Source: Macrostomum lignano (taxonomy: Eukaryota). Taken from it: a stretch of DNA of 64,000 nt. This document shows, piece after piece, positions 11,544 to 24,670 of this stretch. How positions within the stretch are numbered: the stretch's first letter is position 1; the number at the start of each line of letters is the position of its first letter. The stretch spans positions 376,806 to 440,805 of the forward strand of contig NIVC01000814.1 of assembly GCA_002269645.1 (NCBI GenBank). Reading direction: 5' to 3'. Position numbers and translations under genes: made by a program. Under the pieces are notes generated by a model. It was not told the origin of the DNA. It saw nothing but the letters and a program-made list of their open reading frames with translations, and did no database searches.

Positions 11544-12017
11544 TTAGTAGCGTCGATAGGACTTGCTAGCGGATCCACTGGAATTGTCTCCGTTATTCCT
11601 ATCGAAATGACGACTGTCTCGTTTAACACCGGCGGCAATATTTCTCGACGGTTCGTTGCGTTGATAATAATCGCCGTCTCGACTGTCGCCTCTGTGGTTG
11701 CCATGGTAACGCTGGCGCTGCTGATGCCGCCGACCCTCGCTAGTCCAGTCGTACTGCCGCCGGGGATTCCGGTACCAGCGGGTCACCACGGGGGGTGTTG
11801 GCGATTTCTCGCGATTCCAACAGGCCTGAAAGTCCGGATCCTGCTCGGTGAACCGGTGCTGGAATTTCATCTCTAATTGGAGGACGCTGAGACCGCCGGA
11901 TGGCGGAGCTGCGGCTGCTGCGGTTGACTGCTCAACAGCTGTCTTAGAAGACTCTGCTGCCTCTGCTGTTGCCTGAGTGGAACTTTTCTCAGCTGCAGCT
12001 TCTTCTGGCATTTTCAT
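11544..12017 (-). CDS. RAMAC: RNMT-activating mini-protein (RAM/FAM103A1) homolog
   Basis: LEMKFQHRFTEQDPDFQ...PPVVTRW core followed by an R/N/Q/Y/G-rich tail as in RAM; ATG at 12017 (second ATG at 12011). Confidence 0.75.
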   Translation of the reverse strand: MKMPEEAAAEKSSTQATAEAAESSKTAVEQSTAAAAAPPSGGLSVLQLEMKFQHRFTEQDPDFQACWNREKSPTPPVVTRWYRNPRRQYDWTSEGRRHQQRQRYHGNHRGDSRDGDYYQRNEPSRNIAAGVKRDSRHFDRNNGDNSSGSASKSYRRY

Positions 12018-12439
12018 CAATAAATGAGTTGATTGCTTTATTAGGCCAGCCAAGTTGGTCTAGCGCTTCAAGTTAAGCAGAGCTGGCCGCGGTTAGTGCG
12101 CAGCTTAACTATCGAAAATTTGACTGCCTAAACTAACGCTTAACCTAAACTCTTATTAAATAAAACAAAACCTATCCTGTATCTAAACTATATCATAAAA
12201 CTAAACTAAACCGAATCTTAAACCCTAATCTAAACCTTTAATCTGGGGGTCGGCCAATTTCGGCCCACGAAGCCTCTCTATCCCGCCCTCGGGTCCTTTG
12301 AAACTTCACAATAGCAATCCGACCCGCTCAAGGTTTGTGTCTCTTCTCAGCTCTCTTCTCTCGTCTCTTTTTTCTTTTCTCCGTTCTCTTCTCCCTGCAC
12401 AGCCTGTGATAGCATGTCAGCGGAATGGGCCACCAATAG

Positions 12440-13570
12440 ACAAGGGCGCCCACCTACGAGACAGGGGCACCCACCTAGGAGACAGGGGCGCCCACCTAGG
12501 AGACAGGGGCACCCACCTAGGAGACAGGGGCGCCCACCTAGGAGACAGGGGCGCCCACCTAGGAGACAGGGGCGCCCACTAAGAGACAGGGGCAACCACC
12601 AAAGAAGACAGGGGCGCCCACCTAGGAGACAGGGGCGCCCACCTAGGAGACAGGGGCGCCCACCTAGGAGACAGGGGCGCCCACCTAGGAGACAGGGGCG
12701 CCCACCTAGGAGACAGGGGCACCCACTTAGGAGACAGGGGCGCCCACTAAGAGACAGGGGCAACCACCAAAGAAGACAGGGGCGCCCACCTAGGAGACAG
12801 GGGCACCCACCTAGGACAGGGGCACCCACTTAGGAGACAGGGGCGCCCACTAAGAGACAGGGGCACCCACCCAGGAGACAGGGGCGCCCACCTAGGAGAC
12901 AGGGGCGCCCACCTAGGAGACAGGGGCACCCACCCAGGAGACAGGAGCGCCCACCCAGGAGACAGGAGCGCCCACCCAGGAGACAGGAGCGCCCACCAAG
13001 GAGACAGGGGCGCCCACTAAGAGACAGGGGCACCCACCAAAGAGACAGGGGCAACCACCAAAGAAGACAGGGGCGCCCACCTAGGAGACAGGGGCACCCA
13101 CCTAGGAGACAGGGGCGCCCACCTATAGGAGACTGGGGCGCCCACCTAGGAGACAGGGGTACCCACCTAGGAGACAGGGGCGCCCACCTATAGGAGACAG
13201 GGGCGCCCACCTAGGAGACAGGGGCACCCACCAAGGAGACAGGGGCACCCACCAAGGAGACAGGGGCGCCCACTAAGAGACAGGGGCACCCACCAAAGAG
13301 ACAGGGGCACCCACCAAGGAGACAGGGGCGCCCACTAAGAGACAGGGGCACCCACCAAGGAGACAGGGGCGCCCACTAAGAGACAGGGGCACCCACCAAA
13401 GAGACAGGGGCGCCCACTAAGAGACAGGGGCACCCACCAAAGAGACAGGGGCGCCCACTAAGAGACAGGGGCGCCCACCAAGAAACAGAGAAGAAACAGA
13501 GGCACCCACCAAAAGATAGGGGCGTCCATTTAAAAGACATGGGCGCCCACCTAGGAGACAGGGGCACCCA
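12440..13570. repeat. 21-bp GC-rich minisatellite (GGAGACAGGGGCGCCCACCTA)
   Basis: Direct tandem repeats with variant units; explains ORFs 12298-13585. Confidence 0.95.
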
Positions 13571-14259
13571 CAATGACTTTCCCACTCTCGTCAGACCGTA
13601 TACAGCACATTCTCATTATGTTTCGGCAATGAAAGCGTAAAGACAGTTAGTTTATAAAATAAAATTATGTTCAACTCTGTTGAAAAATTATTTACGCACG
13701 TAGCTATACTTTCAGTTTTTGCAGCGCGCAGGTAGCCAAAAACTGATTGAAATATATAGGGGAGTTGCCTGTGTAGATGATGCACACACACAACTAGATG
13801 GCAGTAATAATAATATTAATAATAATAATAAAAATTATACAGAAATTCAATTTATCCAACGGCACAGGAACACCTACAAGAAAAGCACATGTCAATACCA
13901 ATAAGAGAAAATTACTGGATAGATGAAAAAATCACAAAACTGTAGTAGTAAGTTAGGCATATAAATAGCAAAATACAGAGATAAATATTATAGCATCTAC
14001 TTAGAATTTCTGCATGCACTTATTAATTTAAGAATCGAAATGAAGTGTGTGCATTTAAACACATTGAAAGCAGTTTAAGTTGAAAAAAAGCATTATATTT
14101 TTCTCAAAATTTATAAAAAATTATAAGCAGACTGTTTTCTGCTATTTGGAAACATAAAAAGTCACAACCAAAAATTATTTTTGTCTAGTTTTTGATGTTT
14201 TGTATATTAAAACAGAAGTTGATGTACTATTAAATTACTTTATTTAAGGACTCGGATAG

Positions 14260-14269
14260 TCTGTCTTTG

Positions 14270-14326
<57 letters not shown>

Positions 14327-14353
14327 TTCTGTCTGTCTGTCTGTCTGTCTACC

Positions 14354-14419
<66 letters not shown>

Positions 14420-14421
14420 CC

Positions 14422-14454
<33 letters not shown>

Positions 14455-14457
14455 TAA

Positions 14458-14511
<54 letters not shown>

Positions 14512-14573
14512 CCTGTCTGTCTGTCTGTCTGTCTGTCTGTCTGCCTGTCTGTCTGTCTGTCTGTCTGTCTACC

Positions 14574-14615
<42 letters not shown>

Positions 14616-14617
14616 CC

Positions 14618-14663
<46 letters not shown>

Positions 14664-14695
14664 CCTGTCTGTCTGTCTGTCTGTCTGTCTGTCTC
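14260..14695. repeat. (GTCT)n microsatellite with ACCT interruptions
   Basis: Directly visible. Confidence 0.98.
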
Positions 14696-14904
14696 CCCAT
14701 CACAGCTGCAGCTCCCAAATTTACAAAAAACTGAATAACAAGAAAATAATGATACATCAGTTTAATATTGTTCCATGTAGATATTACATATAAGCAGATA
14801 CACTTATAGTCAATATGTATAGAAGCAGAAATCTCTTATTCACAAGCGTGACTGAGGCCAGATTAGAGAACAATGGCACATCACAGATCGCCGCGAAGGC
14901 CTCC

Positions 14905-16158
14905 TCACTGGCGCAACTGAGCCAGTCGCTTGTTGAGCGCGTCCTCGCGCTTCCGCTCCTCGGACTGGGCTGACGCGGCCCCCGGGGTGGCTCCGGCGGC
15001 CGGTTCGAGCCCGGCCAATTGGTCGGCCACCTCCAGCCCGTTCTCGTCGGCCACCTGTTGAATCAGGGAGCTCACCTGATCCTCCGGGGCGCTTAGCGTC
15101 ATCGCATTGCCCATAGACGATTCTACAGTCTGCGTGCGAACGTCTAAATCTTCGAATGTTTTCTCGAATTTGCCCATCACCTTTTCGACCTCCTCCAGGT
15201 TCATGCTGGACATGGCTCGCTCTAGGTCTTTGGTTACCTAGATTAAAGGAACAGCAACGGTTGCTATGGTCTTAAATTATGCTACATACTGGTAATCAAA
15301 ATACTAATTTGATATAAAATTCGCTTACTTAAGTTATTTACCCTACATATCGGCCATCTTACGTGGCAACTTAAAACACTAACTAAGTGTAGAAGATGGA
15401 ATAGAAGCTACAGTAAGATTATATAATTGTTCCCTACAAAATAATTTACGCTACATTTCGGGCACAGATACAGATAAACTACTGTTAGATCAAACATAAG
15501 TTATATAATATAATTTCAATTAAAAATTGCCCTACAAAGCATTTTTCGATACATATCGGCTTTTTTAACAGTATAATTAACTGTTAAATACTGTTAAATA
15601 CATTTAACAGTATTCTGTTAAAATAAGGATAAATTTGTTTGTTTTCCTTTACTCTTATTAAGATAGAAATGTATAAACATCAATCGTACCTGTCCAATAT
15701 TTTTAGTAACGCCCTTCATAGTTTGGGCAGTTTGCACTCTAGCAGCTACAGCGTCAATGCGGGCAGCAAACCGGAGATAATTAAGCGATTCGTTCTTCTT
15801 TCTGATGGCATTCTCGGCATAGATTCGAGCGCCTTCGACGTTGCGCTGCTGTAACGCTTTCTTAACTTTGGCCTGTTTAAAATAGGGAATTATTTCACAA
15901 TTTTTGGTTAATAGCATATACTACTGTCAATATTTGCACCGCAAGTAAGTACGATAATTAGCGTTTAATGGTATCCTTCGTTAATAGCGGCAAAAATGAA
16001 AAAATATATGCTGGTCTAGTGAAGAAAATAAAAATCCTCACCTGTTCTTTAGCCTGCTCCTTCTCAGCTTTGGCAGCGAGTCGAGACAACTGTTTATTAG
16101 TCATGCGAAGATTAAACAATGTTTCTGTTAGATCGGGTTCCTTTCCAAACAGAGGCAT
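14905..16158 (-). CDS. CHMP1A: ESCRT-III subunit CHMP1A (about 210 aa)
   Basis: Exons 16158-16042, 15872-15690, 15237-14905, all phase 0. Motifs [40 protein letters not shown] and C-terminal LNKRLAQLR. Confidence 0.92.
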
Positions 16159-16869
16159 GATTGCGTGTCCGATAGAGTTTGCACTGAGCATGAATAAAAT
16201 AAAGAAATTGTTTTTATCGATACTACTTACTATGATCGCTTAAGTCAGTAGTATAAAACTAACTGAAAAAGAAAGAAATTTAGAAAAAAATACAAAAAAA
16301 CAAGAAGCTACGGGTTAATTCTATTCTGTTGAAACTGAACTTTTAATTTTAAACTTGTTTTATATAAAAATAGCAGCATGGTGATTTTTGATAAAATGTT
16401 TACAGGGTGATCTTTTCAGTTTTAGCAGGACAAAAATAGACTGAAAATACGAGTGTACATACACTGACACGATCTATCAGATTATTATATCAAATTAGGC
16501 AAATCTGCAAATAAAATGTTTATAGAGAAAAAAATATTCTTTTTAAAATGTGCTTATTAAAGACAGTGTTCAACTTTGAGTAGGCGATAAAGAAAATGCA
16601 TAATAAAATTGTTTATCCAGACCGTATCATACTGGGCACAATAGGAATTTTGGCAATGCTTCTTACCGCTTATTGGTTGCAAACTATGATCGAATTATAA
16701 AATCAAGTTATGCAGACGAATAACAGGACTGCTGGGATGACTGAACAGAAAATACAAACTAAAAGATAACTTTAATTAGATCAAACAGACCTAAATACTA
16801 GGATTTATTGTAAGAGAAATTTGCAAATCGAAAAAATAAACAGATAAAATTATTAGATTTACAGATTTT

Positions 16870-17300
16870 GACTTTCAGGGTGACAAAGACTACAGAGATT
16901 AAGAGGCCAGTTATTGTCAGGGTGGAAAAGAGTACAGAGATTGAGACGCCGGTTATTGTCAGGGTGACAAAAACTACAGAGACTGAGAGGCCCGTTATTG
17001 TTAGTGTGACAAAGACTACAGAGAGAGGCCGGTTATTGTCAGGGTGACAAAGACTACACAGATTGAGAGGCCGGTTATTGTCAGGGTGACAAAGACTACA
17101 GAGAGAGGCCGGTTATTGTCAGGGTGACAAAGACTACAGAGAGAGGCCGGTTATTGTCAGGGTGATAAAGACTACACAGATTGAGAGGCCGGTTATTGTC
17201 AGGGTGACAAAGACTACAGAGAGAGACCGGTTATTGTCGGGGTGACAAAGACTACAGAGATTGAGAGACCAGTTATTGTCAGTGACAAAGACCACACAGG
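16870..17300. repeat. 38-42-bp minisatellite (GGTTATTGTCAGGGTGACAAAGACTACAGAGA...)
   Basis: Direct tandem repeats. Confidence 0.9.
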
Positions 17301-17374
17301 CCAATTTTACATTAGGTAGTCATTTCAAAACAATTTTTACAATATTGAAGTAACACTGAAAAAAGTTAAGCATC

Positions 17375-17914
17375 CTATTTTCTAGACGAAGCAACCCGAT
17401 CCAAAAAGGCGGCATTTGCCTGGCGCATTTGATCACGCCGTTGTTCAGTCGATAATTGCTGCTTTGGCGGCTCCTTTGATGTCTTATCAGCTTCGCCAGA
17501 CAGTGGTTTACCGCCGGACATAGATTTAATATTTTTCGTTGCTCTCTCGTATTTAGCCAGCTTCCTACGCTTCATCTCGGCCTCTTGCTGCTCAATAAAA
17601 GACCGACGAAGACTGCCGTTTGATGTTTCACCGCCGCCGCCGCCTAATTGTTGAGTGAAAGGCGCCGGTCTATTAGCTTCTACATAGGCGGCTAATTGTT
17701 GGCTCTCCCGTTCAGCTATTTGTTGATTTAATTGTCGCCGCTCACTATTGGCTGGCAGTACGCTGTAGCTGCCCCGATATTCTAACTGCCTGCCCCCTGC
17801 CTGGCGCTGATTGGCTAATTGATCTGATTGGCTGCCGTCAGGATTGGCTGGGTTAACACCGCTGCTACGATTATTGTAAATGCCTGTTGGCTGAGCGTTG
17901 GAATCGCTGTACAT
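17375..17914 (-). CDS. EPSTI1: EPSTI1-like coiled-coil protein
   Basis: YRGSYSVLPANSERRQLNQQIAERESQQL...LGGG resembles the EPSTI1 core. ATG at 17914 is 2 nt after a strong acceptor (GTACACAG|CA-ATG). Confidence 0.6.
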   Translation of the reverse strand: MYSDSNAQPTGIYNNRSSGVNPANPDGSQSDQLANQRQAGGRQLEYRGSYSVLPANSERRQLNQQIAERESQQLAAYVEANRPAPFTQQLGGGGGETSNGSLRRSFIEQQEAEMKRRKLAKYERATKNIKSMSGGKPLSGEADKTSKEPPKQQLSTEQRRDQMRQANAAFLDRVASSRK

Positions 17915-18019
17915 TGCTGTGTACACAGAAATATGTGTAAATAAATTTAAATTTAAATAAGCAAGATTAAACAAGGAGAAAAAAAACAAGGTTTAGTGCT
18001 ATGATCTTTTTTATTGATT

Positions 18020-18090
18020 TATCTATCTATTTGTCTAACTACGTATCTATCTCTATCTATCTATCTATCTATCTATCTATTTATCCAACT
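18020..18090. repeat. (CTAT)n microsatellite
   Basis: Directly visible. Confidence 0.9.
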
Positions 18091-18626
18091 ATATATCCAC
18101 CCATCTTTATTCCTCTTTATCTCCATAATATACTACATGTAGCACTCTCCGGAATTCCGACAGACTAAAAAGCCAAAAAAGCATCAAGGTAAACAACAAA
18201 GCATCAAACTGCTTGTCTTCCGAACAAAAAACTCAGATGGACAATATTGTCTGGCTGTTTATTTGTTTTATTATCGCGGTTCCCTTTTCGAGTTTTTTTT
18301 TAAGTTGCAGACTTATTAATTGATTTTAATTACTATATAGTTACTTGTACGCAAACACTGCGGCTACACAGCGGGGGTTTCTGAAATCAGAGTCATTAAT
18401 AGAGATATATTGTTTTCTCTAAAAGCTAAAGGAGTCAGTTATACTTAAGATAGACAGACAGAAGAGACAGGGTAGAATTGTGAGAATTAACTAAAGCATT
18501 TATCAAATGGCGACTTTTATTAAGTATTTGATGATAAATTATATGGCTATTATCTAGCGTATAGTTTTTATTAGAAACAGTATAGTTTTCAGTCAGTTCG
18601 AATAGACGAGGGCGACTCTCGCCAAC

Positions 18627-18977
18627 TCAATGGTAGCCTTCGTGCGGATAATCCAAAAATTTCAAACCCTCCTCCGTGTTCTTCATCGGCTTATGCGTCG
18701 GCACCCTAAAATAGCCGCTACCAAGCATTATAATCACGGTTGTAGCCGCCACAATTAAACCGGCGCCAAATACTTTGTTATACTTGGCGTTGAAATGAGC
18801 GTAGCCTTCGCTATATTTCATAGTGGGTTGGATAATCTCATTCATAGAGATTGACCGGGCGGCCTCGGTGTAAGAATGATAAATGCCGACGTGCTTCTCG
18901 TGATGGCCGTGATGACACAGAGCCCGACGGCTCTGCCTGGTGGCTACAAGGCTGGCCAGCTTAAGGATTCGATTCAT
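18627..18977 (-). CDS. Small single-TM, likely mitochondrial protein, prag01/Deltameth_res family
   Basis: Arg/Leu-rich presequence-like N-terminus, then MNEIIQPTMKYSEGYAHFNAKYNKVFGAGLIVAATTVII, resembling the Deltameth_res (prag01) domain. Confidence 0.55.
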   Translation of the reverse strand: MNRILKLASLVATRQSRRALCHHGHHEKHVGIYHSYTEAARSISMNEIIQPTMKYSEGYAHFNAKYNKVFGAGLIVAATTVIIMLGSGYFRVPTHKPMKNTEEGLKFLDYPHEGYH

Positions 18978-19129
18978 ATTTGCTTTTTAAAGAGTTTTGG
19001 TTGACATGCATTGGTCGGGTGGCGATGGTTTTTAATAATCACTGAATTTAATGTACAGATTTAATTTAGACCAGTTTTATAAAACTTTACAAGCTTGATT
19101 TTGACTATAGATTACCGCTAGATTAGACT

Positions 19130-19900
19130 AGACCATAGACTATAGTGTCGCTAATATACCATAGACTAAGTGCGCCACTATACCGTAAACTATAGTGCTG
19201 CTAGACCATAGACAGTAGGGTGCCACTAGACCATAGACTCTAGTGTGCCGCTAATACCATAGACTCTAGTGTGTCGCTAATACCATAGACGCTAGTGTGC
19301 CGCTAATAACATAGACGCTAGTGTGCGGCTAATAACTTACTCTAGTGTGCCGCTAATACCATAGACTCTAGTGGGCCGCTAGACCATAGACGCTAGTGTG
19401 CCGCTAATAACATAGACTCTAGTGTGCCGCTAATAACATAGACTCTAGTGTGCCGCTAATACCATAGACGCTAGTGTGCCGCTAATACCATAGACGCTAG
19501 TGTGCCGCTAATAACATAGACTCTAGTGTGCCGCTAATACCATAGACGCTAGTGTGCCGCTAATACCATAGACGCTAGTGTGCCGCTAATAACATAGACG
19601 CTAGTGTGCCGCTAATAACATAGACTCTAGTGTGCCGCTAATACCATAGACGCTAGTGTGCCGCTAATACCATAGACGCTAGTGTGCCGCTAATAACATA
19701 GACTCTAGTGTGCCGCTAATACCATAGACGCTAGTGTGCCGCTAATACCATAGACGCTAGTGTGCCGCTAATACCATAGACTCTAGTGGGCCGCTAGACC
19801 ATAGACTCTAGTGTGCCGCTAGACCATAGACTCTAGTGTGCCGCTAGACCATAGATTATAGAGTGCCGCTAGACCATGGACTTACAGAATGCCGCTAGAC
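19130..19900. repeat. 26-bp minisatellite (CCATAGACTCTAGTGTGCCGCTAATA)
   Basis: Direct tandem repeats. Confidence 0.95.
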
Positions 19901-20869
19901 TAACCTTAGTGTCTACGGGCTTTAATATAGCTGTGTCTTGAGGTACATCTGTGTATAGATGAAAAAATAAAAAAAGTAAAAATCGGAAAAGCCATATATT
20001 AACTATTAGAACTCAAAATGAACAATATTAACAATGTATTTCTGACTTTAGGTTTAGCATATATGATATAAAAAATTAAAACAGAAGAGTAAATTTCGTA
20101 CTACACATACTACGCATACTAAACTGGCCAATTTTTGTATTATTTAAAGCAAATTGAACATAAAAAACAGCACAGTATCTGCGGATATCAACTTCATACA
20201 CATCAACACTTTTGCAAGAAATCTAAGCTTTGATGAACAACAATTGCATGAACTATTATCGTGGGGCAACTGAAGGTTTAGCCATTGAAAAAACACTTGC
20301 ACAAAAAGGCACAATGACCTACAATGGAACTATAATAGTATTTGTGTGCGTTTGACTGAGAGGTATGTTAAAAATTAATTCCTAGCGCATGAGTGATATA
20401 TAAAATGAGTAAATATCATCAGAGTGTTATTATACTCGTATCAAAACAATCAATGAATTAAATGTCTTCACTTGGAGTATTGTATTTCTGTGCAACACAG
20501 AGAAGGCAAAAACAATAGCGCTAAAAATGACAGAAAAAGGATATATTATTATTTATTGTTAGGAACAGCTTACAAAACAATCGCAGAGCGTACTCACTAC
20601 TGGAAGCAATGTATGAGTATATATATATTAAACAAAGATTCAAATTAAATATGCTGAGCATAGGTCACAGATACCGGAATAACAAGATACGTCACCCGCA
20701 AAATATGCGTTCATTTCGTTTTTTTCTGTAGCAAAATTGGCTGTTTTCGGTTTTATAATTTTATAATAAAAAATTCTTAGATTTTGCAAGATCGAAAATT
20801 TTACGACCAAGCAAGAGAGACAAGGGATACCAGACCGATAAACAGTTTGGCTTTCCTCTTGCCCAATGG

Positions 20870-21190
20870 TGTCTAACTTTGACCTCTCTCCTTACTGCTC
20901 TCTCATTGGCTGAGCTAAATTGGGCCTGCCCTCTAGCCAGACTGTGCTTTGTCCGTCTGATTTTGACCTCTCTCCTCACTGCTCTCTCATTGGCTGAGCT
21001 AAATTGGGCCTGCCCTCTAGCCAGACTGTGCTTTGTCCGTCTGATTTTGACCTCTCTCCTCACTGCTCTCTCATTGGCTGAGCTAAATTGGTCCCCTAGG
21101 CTGGGTTTCGTCCGTCCAACTTTGACTTCTCTCCTTACTGCCCTCTCACTGGCTGAGCTAGATTGGGCCTGCCCCTAGACTGAGTTTCGT
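20870..21190. repeat. 81-84-bp CCAAT-box tandem repeat, second locus of the 7682-8032 family
   Basis: CTGCTCTCTCATTGGCTGAGCTAAATTGGGCCTGCCC shared with the 7.7-kb array, same orientation. Confidence 0.9.
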
Positions 21191-21614
21191 CTATACTGCG
21201 TTCACTTGTGTACATCGAGTTAAATCAAATCCTTATTGTTCATTCTGAACTTATATGACCCTAAGGCCGCAAACCCAGAGCAAGGAAAGGAAATTTTAGC
21301 TTCCACTTTAACTTTAAGCGACACTGCGCAGACAAACTACTGAATAATGAGTAAATGTACTCTTTTTTCACAACAATAACTGCGAGTGAGATATTTCGTT
21401 AGTCTAGTTATATCCTGTGGCATAGATGCACAGAGTACAAAATAAACATGTATGAATACATATCATAAGCATTTACACGCAAAATATAGAGAACTAAATT
21501 CAATATGTCAACAGTTTGTATTAATTGAACAAGCCCTATTTTATATTTCGTTAGGGCCACGACTATTTGCCTGTCCGTAGTGAGTAACTTCAAAATTTGC
21601 CACGTTTTGTCCAT

Positions 21615-21870
21615 TAATTACCCCATGTAAGCATTTCATCACGTGACTGTTTTATAGTCTACTTATTACTTATCTTTGCACTAGCGAGAAATAAGTGTGA
21701 AATGTTTAATGACCCGCGCGATCGTAATTGGCTATTATTCAACTTAAGTATTCACATACTAAATAATCTAGCATAAAGGGGTAGATAGATAATAAAGGGG
21801 TAGATAGACAATAAACGATGGAAAGCAGTCACGTGATGAAGTTTGTATATGGATTAAGTGTACATTGGGG
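21615..21870. mobile_element. Possible small MITE
   Basis: Inverted TTCATCACGTGACTG (about 21636) and CAGTCACGTGATGAA (about 21827) with imperfect extension to flanking TTAA. Confidence 0.3.
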
Positions 21871-22044
21871 AGGAAATAAAGAATAATGGCTAAAACTAAT
21901 TGCCATTTGTGCCTGAGTGAATACTTTTATTATCAACCAGGATAAGAAAGAGCTATCAAAACGATTAGGCCATTAAAGTACGTAGTCATTACGAATTCAA
22001 TTTTTAATTCAATTATATTGATAACCCAATATACAGCCAAAAAC

Positions 22045-24208
22045 TTATTGAACTTTCTTATCCTTAACAAGGCCATTTCCGCCGTTATCGCCAGCGGTTG
22101 CTGCGGCCGAGTCTATCCAATGCTCCATGGCGCATTTCTTTGGAAACCAGCCCCTAGAAGCGGAAGCGTCTCTCGCAGACTGAGACTGCTCATCAGCTAG
22201 TAATAGCTGACCGTAGAGCCATTCGCCGTGAGCTCGAGTTACAATCAGTCGCTGACCAGGCGACAATGACAATCGTTTCTCTTCGATCCAGATTGAGCAC
22301 GGCTGGCAACAGGCGGTTCTCAAGCCGAAGCTAATAGGAAATCTGGTACCAGTGTAAGCTCGAATAACGCTCGCTAATACAGCCGTACTGGCTTTATGCG
22401 CCTTTTGCAGCACCTGCTCCTTTGTTAAATCGTATTTGCCGCAATCGGGTGCCAACGGCCAATCGTCCAGGCCGTTGCCAACTGGTCGGCCGGACCAGTT
22501 TATCACCTGCCGGGTAGGAGGGAGATGGCATCTATTCTCATAGGCGATTGTGCCTAACAGGTACATTTACATATAACTGGGGTCTAACAGGGTAACAGGT
22601 GTCTAACAGATACATTGGTATCTAACACGTGTCTAACAGATACATTGGTATCTAACAGGTGTCTAACAGGTACATTGGTATCTAACAGGTGTCTAACAGG
22701 TACATTGGTATCTGACAGGTGTCTAATAGATACATTGGTATCTGACAGGTGTCTAACAGATACATTGGTATCTGACAGGTGTCTAACAGATACATTGGTA
22801 TCTAAAAGGTGTCTAACAGATACATTGGTATCCAACAGGTGTCTAGCAACTAACACACTTTGAGCATAACACGCGTCTGGTTTGTGTGTGTGTGTGTTAT
22901 TTTGCGTGTTAACGTTAACAATCCAGAAAAGTCCAACATGCAACTTAATTACCTGCTTAAAGTTTCTCATCCTACCCAAATCGTAGGGATATTGAAACTT
23001 CGGCGGCTGTCCAGCCTCATCAATGGACAAGTGAGCAGTCATGGAGTCGTGCCGGCATTCTAATCGATAATCGGCTTTATCGCAGATCCAAAACTCGATA
23101 CCAGTTCGATTGCGTAATATCGATTTTAGCTGAACAAAGAACAGAGCGCCAACTGCTATGGTGGTGCCTAAAGCGAGGCCCAGACAGAAGAATGCTAACA
23201 ATACCTCCCACAGGTTCATCATAGCGTAGTCCTCGGTCGGGAACTCAGAGTCCTGATGATAGAACGGATAGAACAGAGTATAATAGACGCAGTAGGACAC
23301 AATGACAGCCGAGTGCAGGCAGCCTAACGGGGCGAACAATAGAAAATAGGTGAACTGAGCGTGATTCCGGTGACCGACGCAGGCGTTGATCCATGGACAG
23401 TGATGATCCATCTTGGTGACGCAGCGGCCGCACCTGCTGCAGTGATGCGATCTGCAAATTTTATAATTACAGGTATTTTAGTGTCGCTTTTTTATCAGCA
23501 TAGGTTGCAATTGTTATTATTTTATATATTCTCTCGAGATGAATTATATTGCAATAATCTCGTACATTATATTTTAATCCTGATCATTTCGATCATTTAT
23601 AATTATTATCGTCTGGCTGGTCCCATATACTCGACTCTTACACCATTGATCATCAACATTATCATTGGCAACACCATCACTATCACTGTCATTACCAGTA
23701 TCATCATCATCGAAATCATCATTATCATCACACTTATCATCATTAAAATCATCACCCCACCATCTTCATCATCATCACCACCACCATCATCACAATCATA
23801 GTATTAATAATAATTTTCATAACTATAATACTCATGCCTTAAAATAATTTCAAAAGAAAAGTACTCAGCTTGTAAGTTAGTCAATAAACCAACGAAGGCC
23901 ACTCACCTAGGAGCTTTGTATCCCTTACAGATAGAGCACCATTGCAACAAAGATTTCAGTTGTTGATCGTCTGTCAAATCGATCGGTCTCCAGCCAATAG
24001 GCACAAAACCGGGACCCCAGAACATGGCCTTCAAATAGGTGGACATCACCAGGTAGTATTCAAGCGCGTATACGGCTACGTGCAGCAAATTGCTGTGCGA
24101 TTTCAATGGCGGCCACCATATTAGCAGCAGTCGACTAGTATAGATAGCTATATAGAATATGATAAATAGGGCGATTAAGGGGCCCCAGTGCAGGACCCGG
24201 CGAAGTCT
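22045..24208 (-). CDS. ZDHHC6: Palmitoyltransferase ZDHHC6 (DHHC plus C-terminal SH3-like domain); ATG not found in frame
   Basis: Exons 24208-23907, 23451-22953, 22506-22045 are phase-consistent. Motifs LHWGP, GPGFVP, YKAPRSHHC, KMDHHCPW, YPYDLG, VINWSG and GEWLYG...RGWFP. Confidence 0.93.
22575..22850. repeat. 30-bp minisatellite in ZDHHC6 intron
   Basis: AACAGGTGTCTAACAGATACATTGGTATCT tandem copies. Confidence 0.95.
23620..23800. repeat. Degenerate (CAT)n microsatellite in ZDHHC6 intron
   Basis: Directly visible. Confidence 0.85.
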
Positions 24209-24249
24209 CTGCTTAGCTGTGCGACAGGAAGAGTCCAGAAAAAGAGTTA

Positions 24250-24670
24250 TGCGTGTGGAGTAGTGGCTAGTCTTTGTTGACTGTAGCTGCGTGTGGAGTA
24301 GTGGCTAGTCTTTGTTGACTGTAGCTGCGTGTGGAGTAGTGGCTAGTCTTTGTTGACTGTAGCTGTGTGTTGGGTGGTGGCCAGTCTTTGTTGACTGTAG
24401 CTGTGTGTTGGGTGGTGGCTAGTCTTTGTTGACTGTAGCTGTGTGTTGGGTGGTGGCCAGTCTTTGTTGACTGTAGCTGTGTGTTGGGTGGTGGCCAGTC
24501 TTTGTTGACTGTAGCTGTGTGTTGGGTGGTGGCTAGTCTTTGTTGACTGTAGCTGTGTGTTGGGTGGTGGCTAGTCTTTGTTGACTGTAGCTGTGTGTTG
24601 GGTGGTGGCCAGTCTTTGTTGACTGTAGCTGTGTGTTGGGTGGTGGCCAGTCTTTGTTGACTGTAGCTGT
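24250..24670. repeat. 38-bp minisatellite abutting the ZDHHC6 acceptor
   Basis: AGTCTTTGTTGACTGTAGCTGTGTGTTGGGTGGTGGCC tandem copies. Confidence 0.95.
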
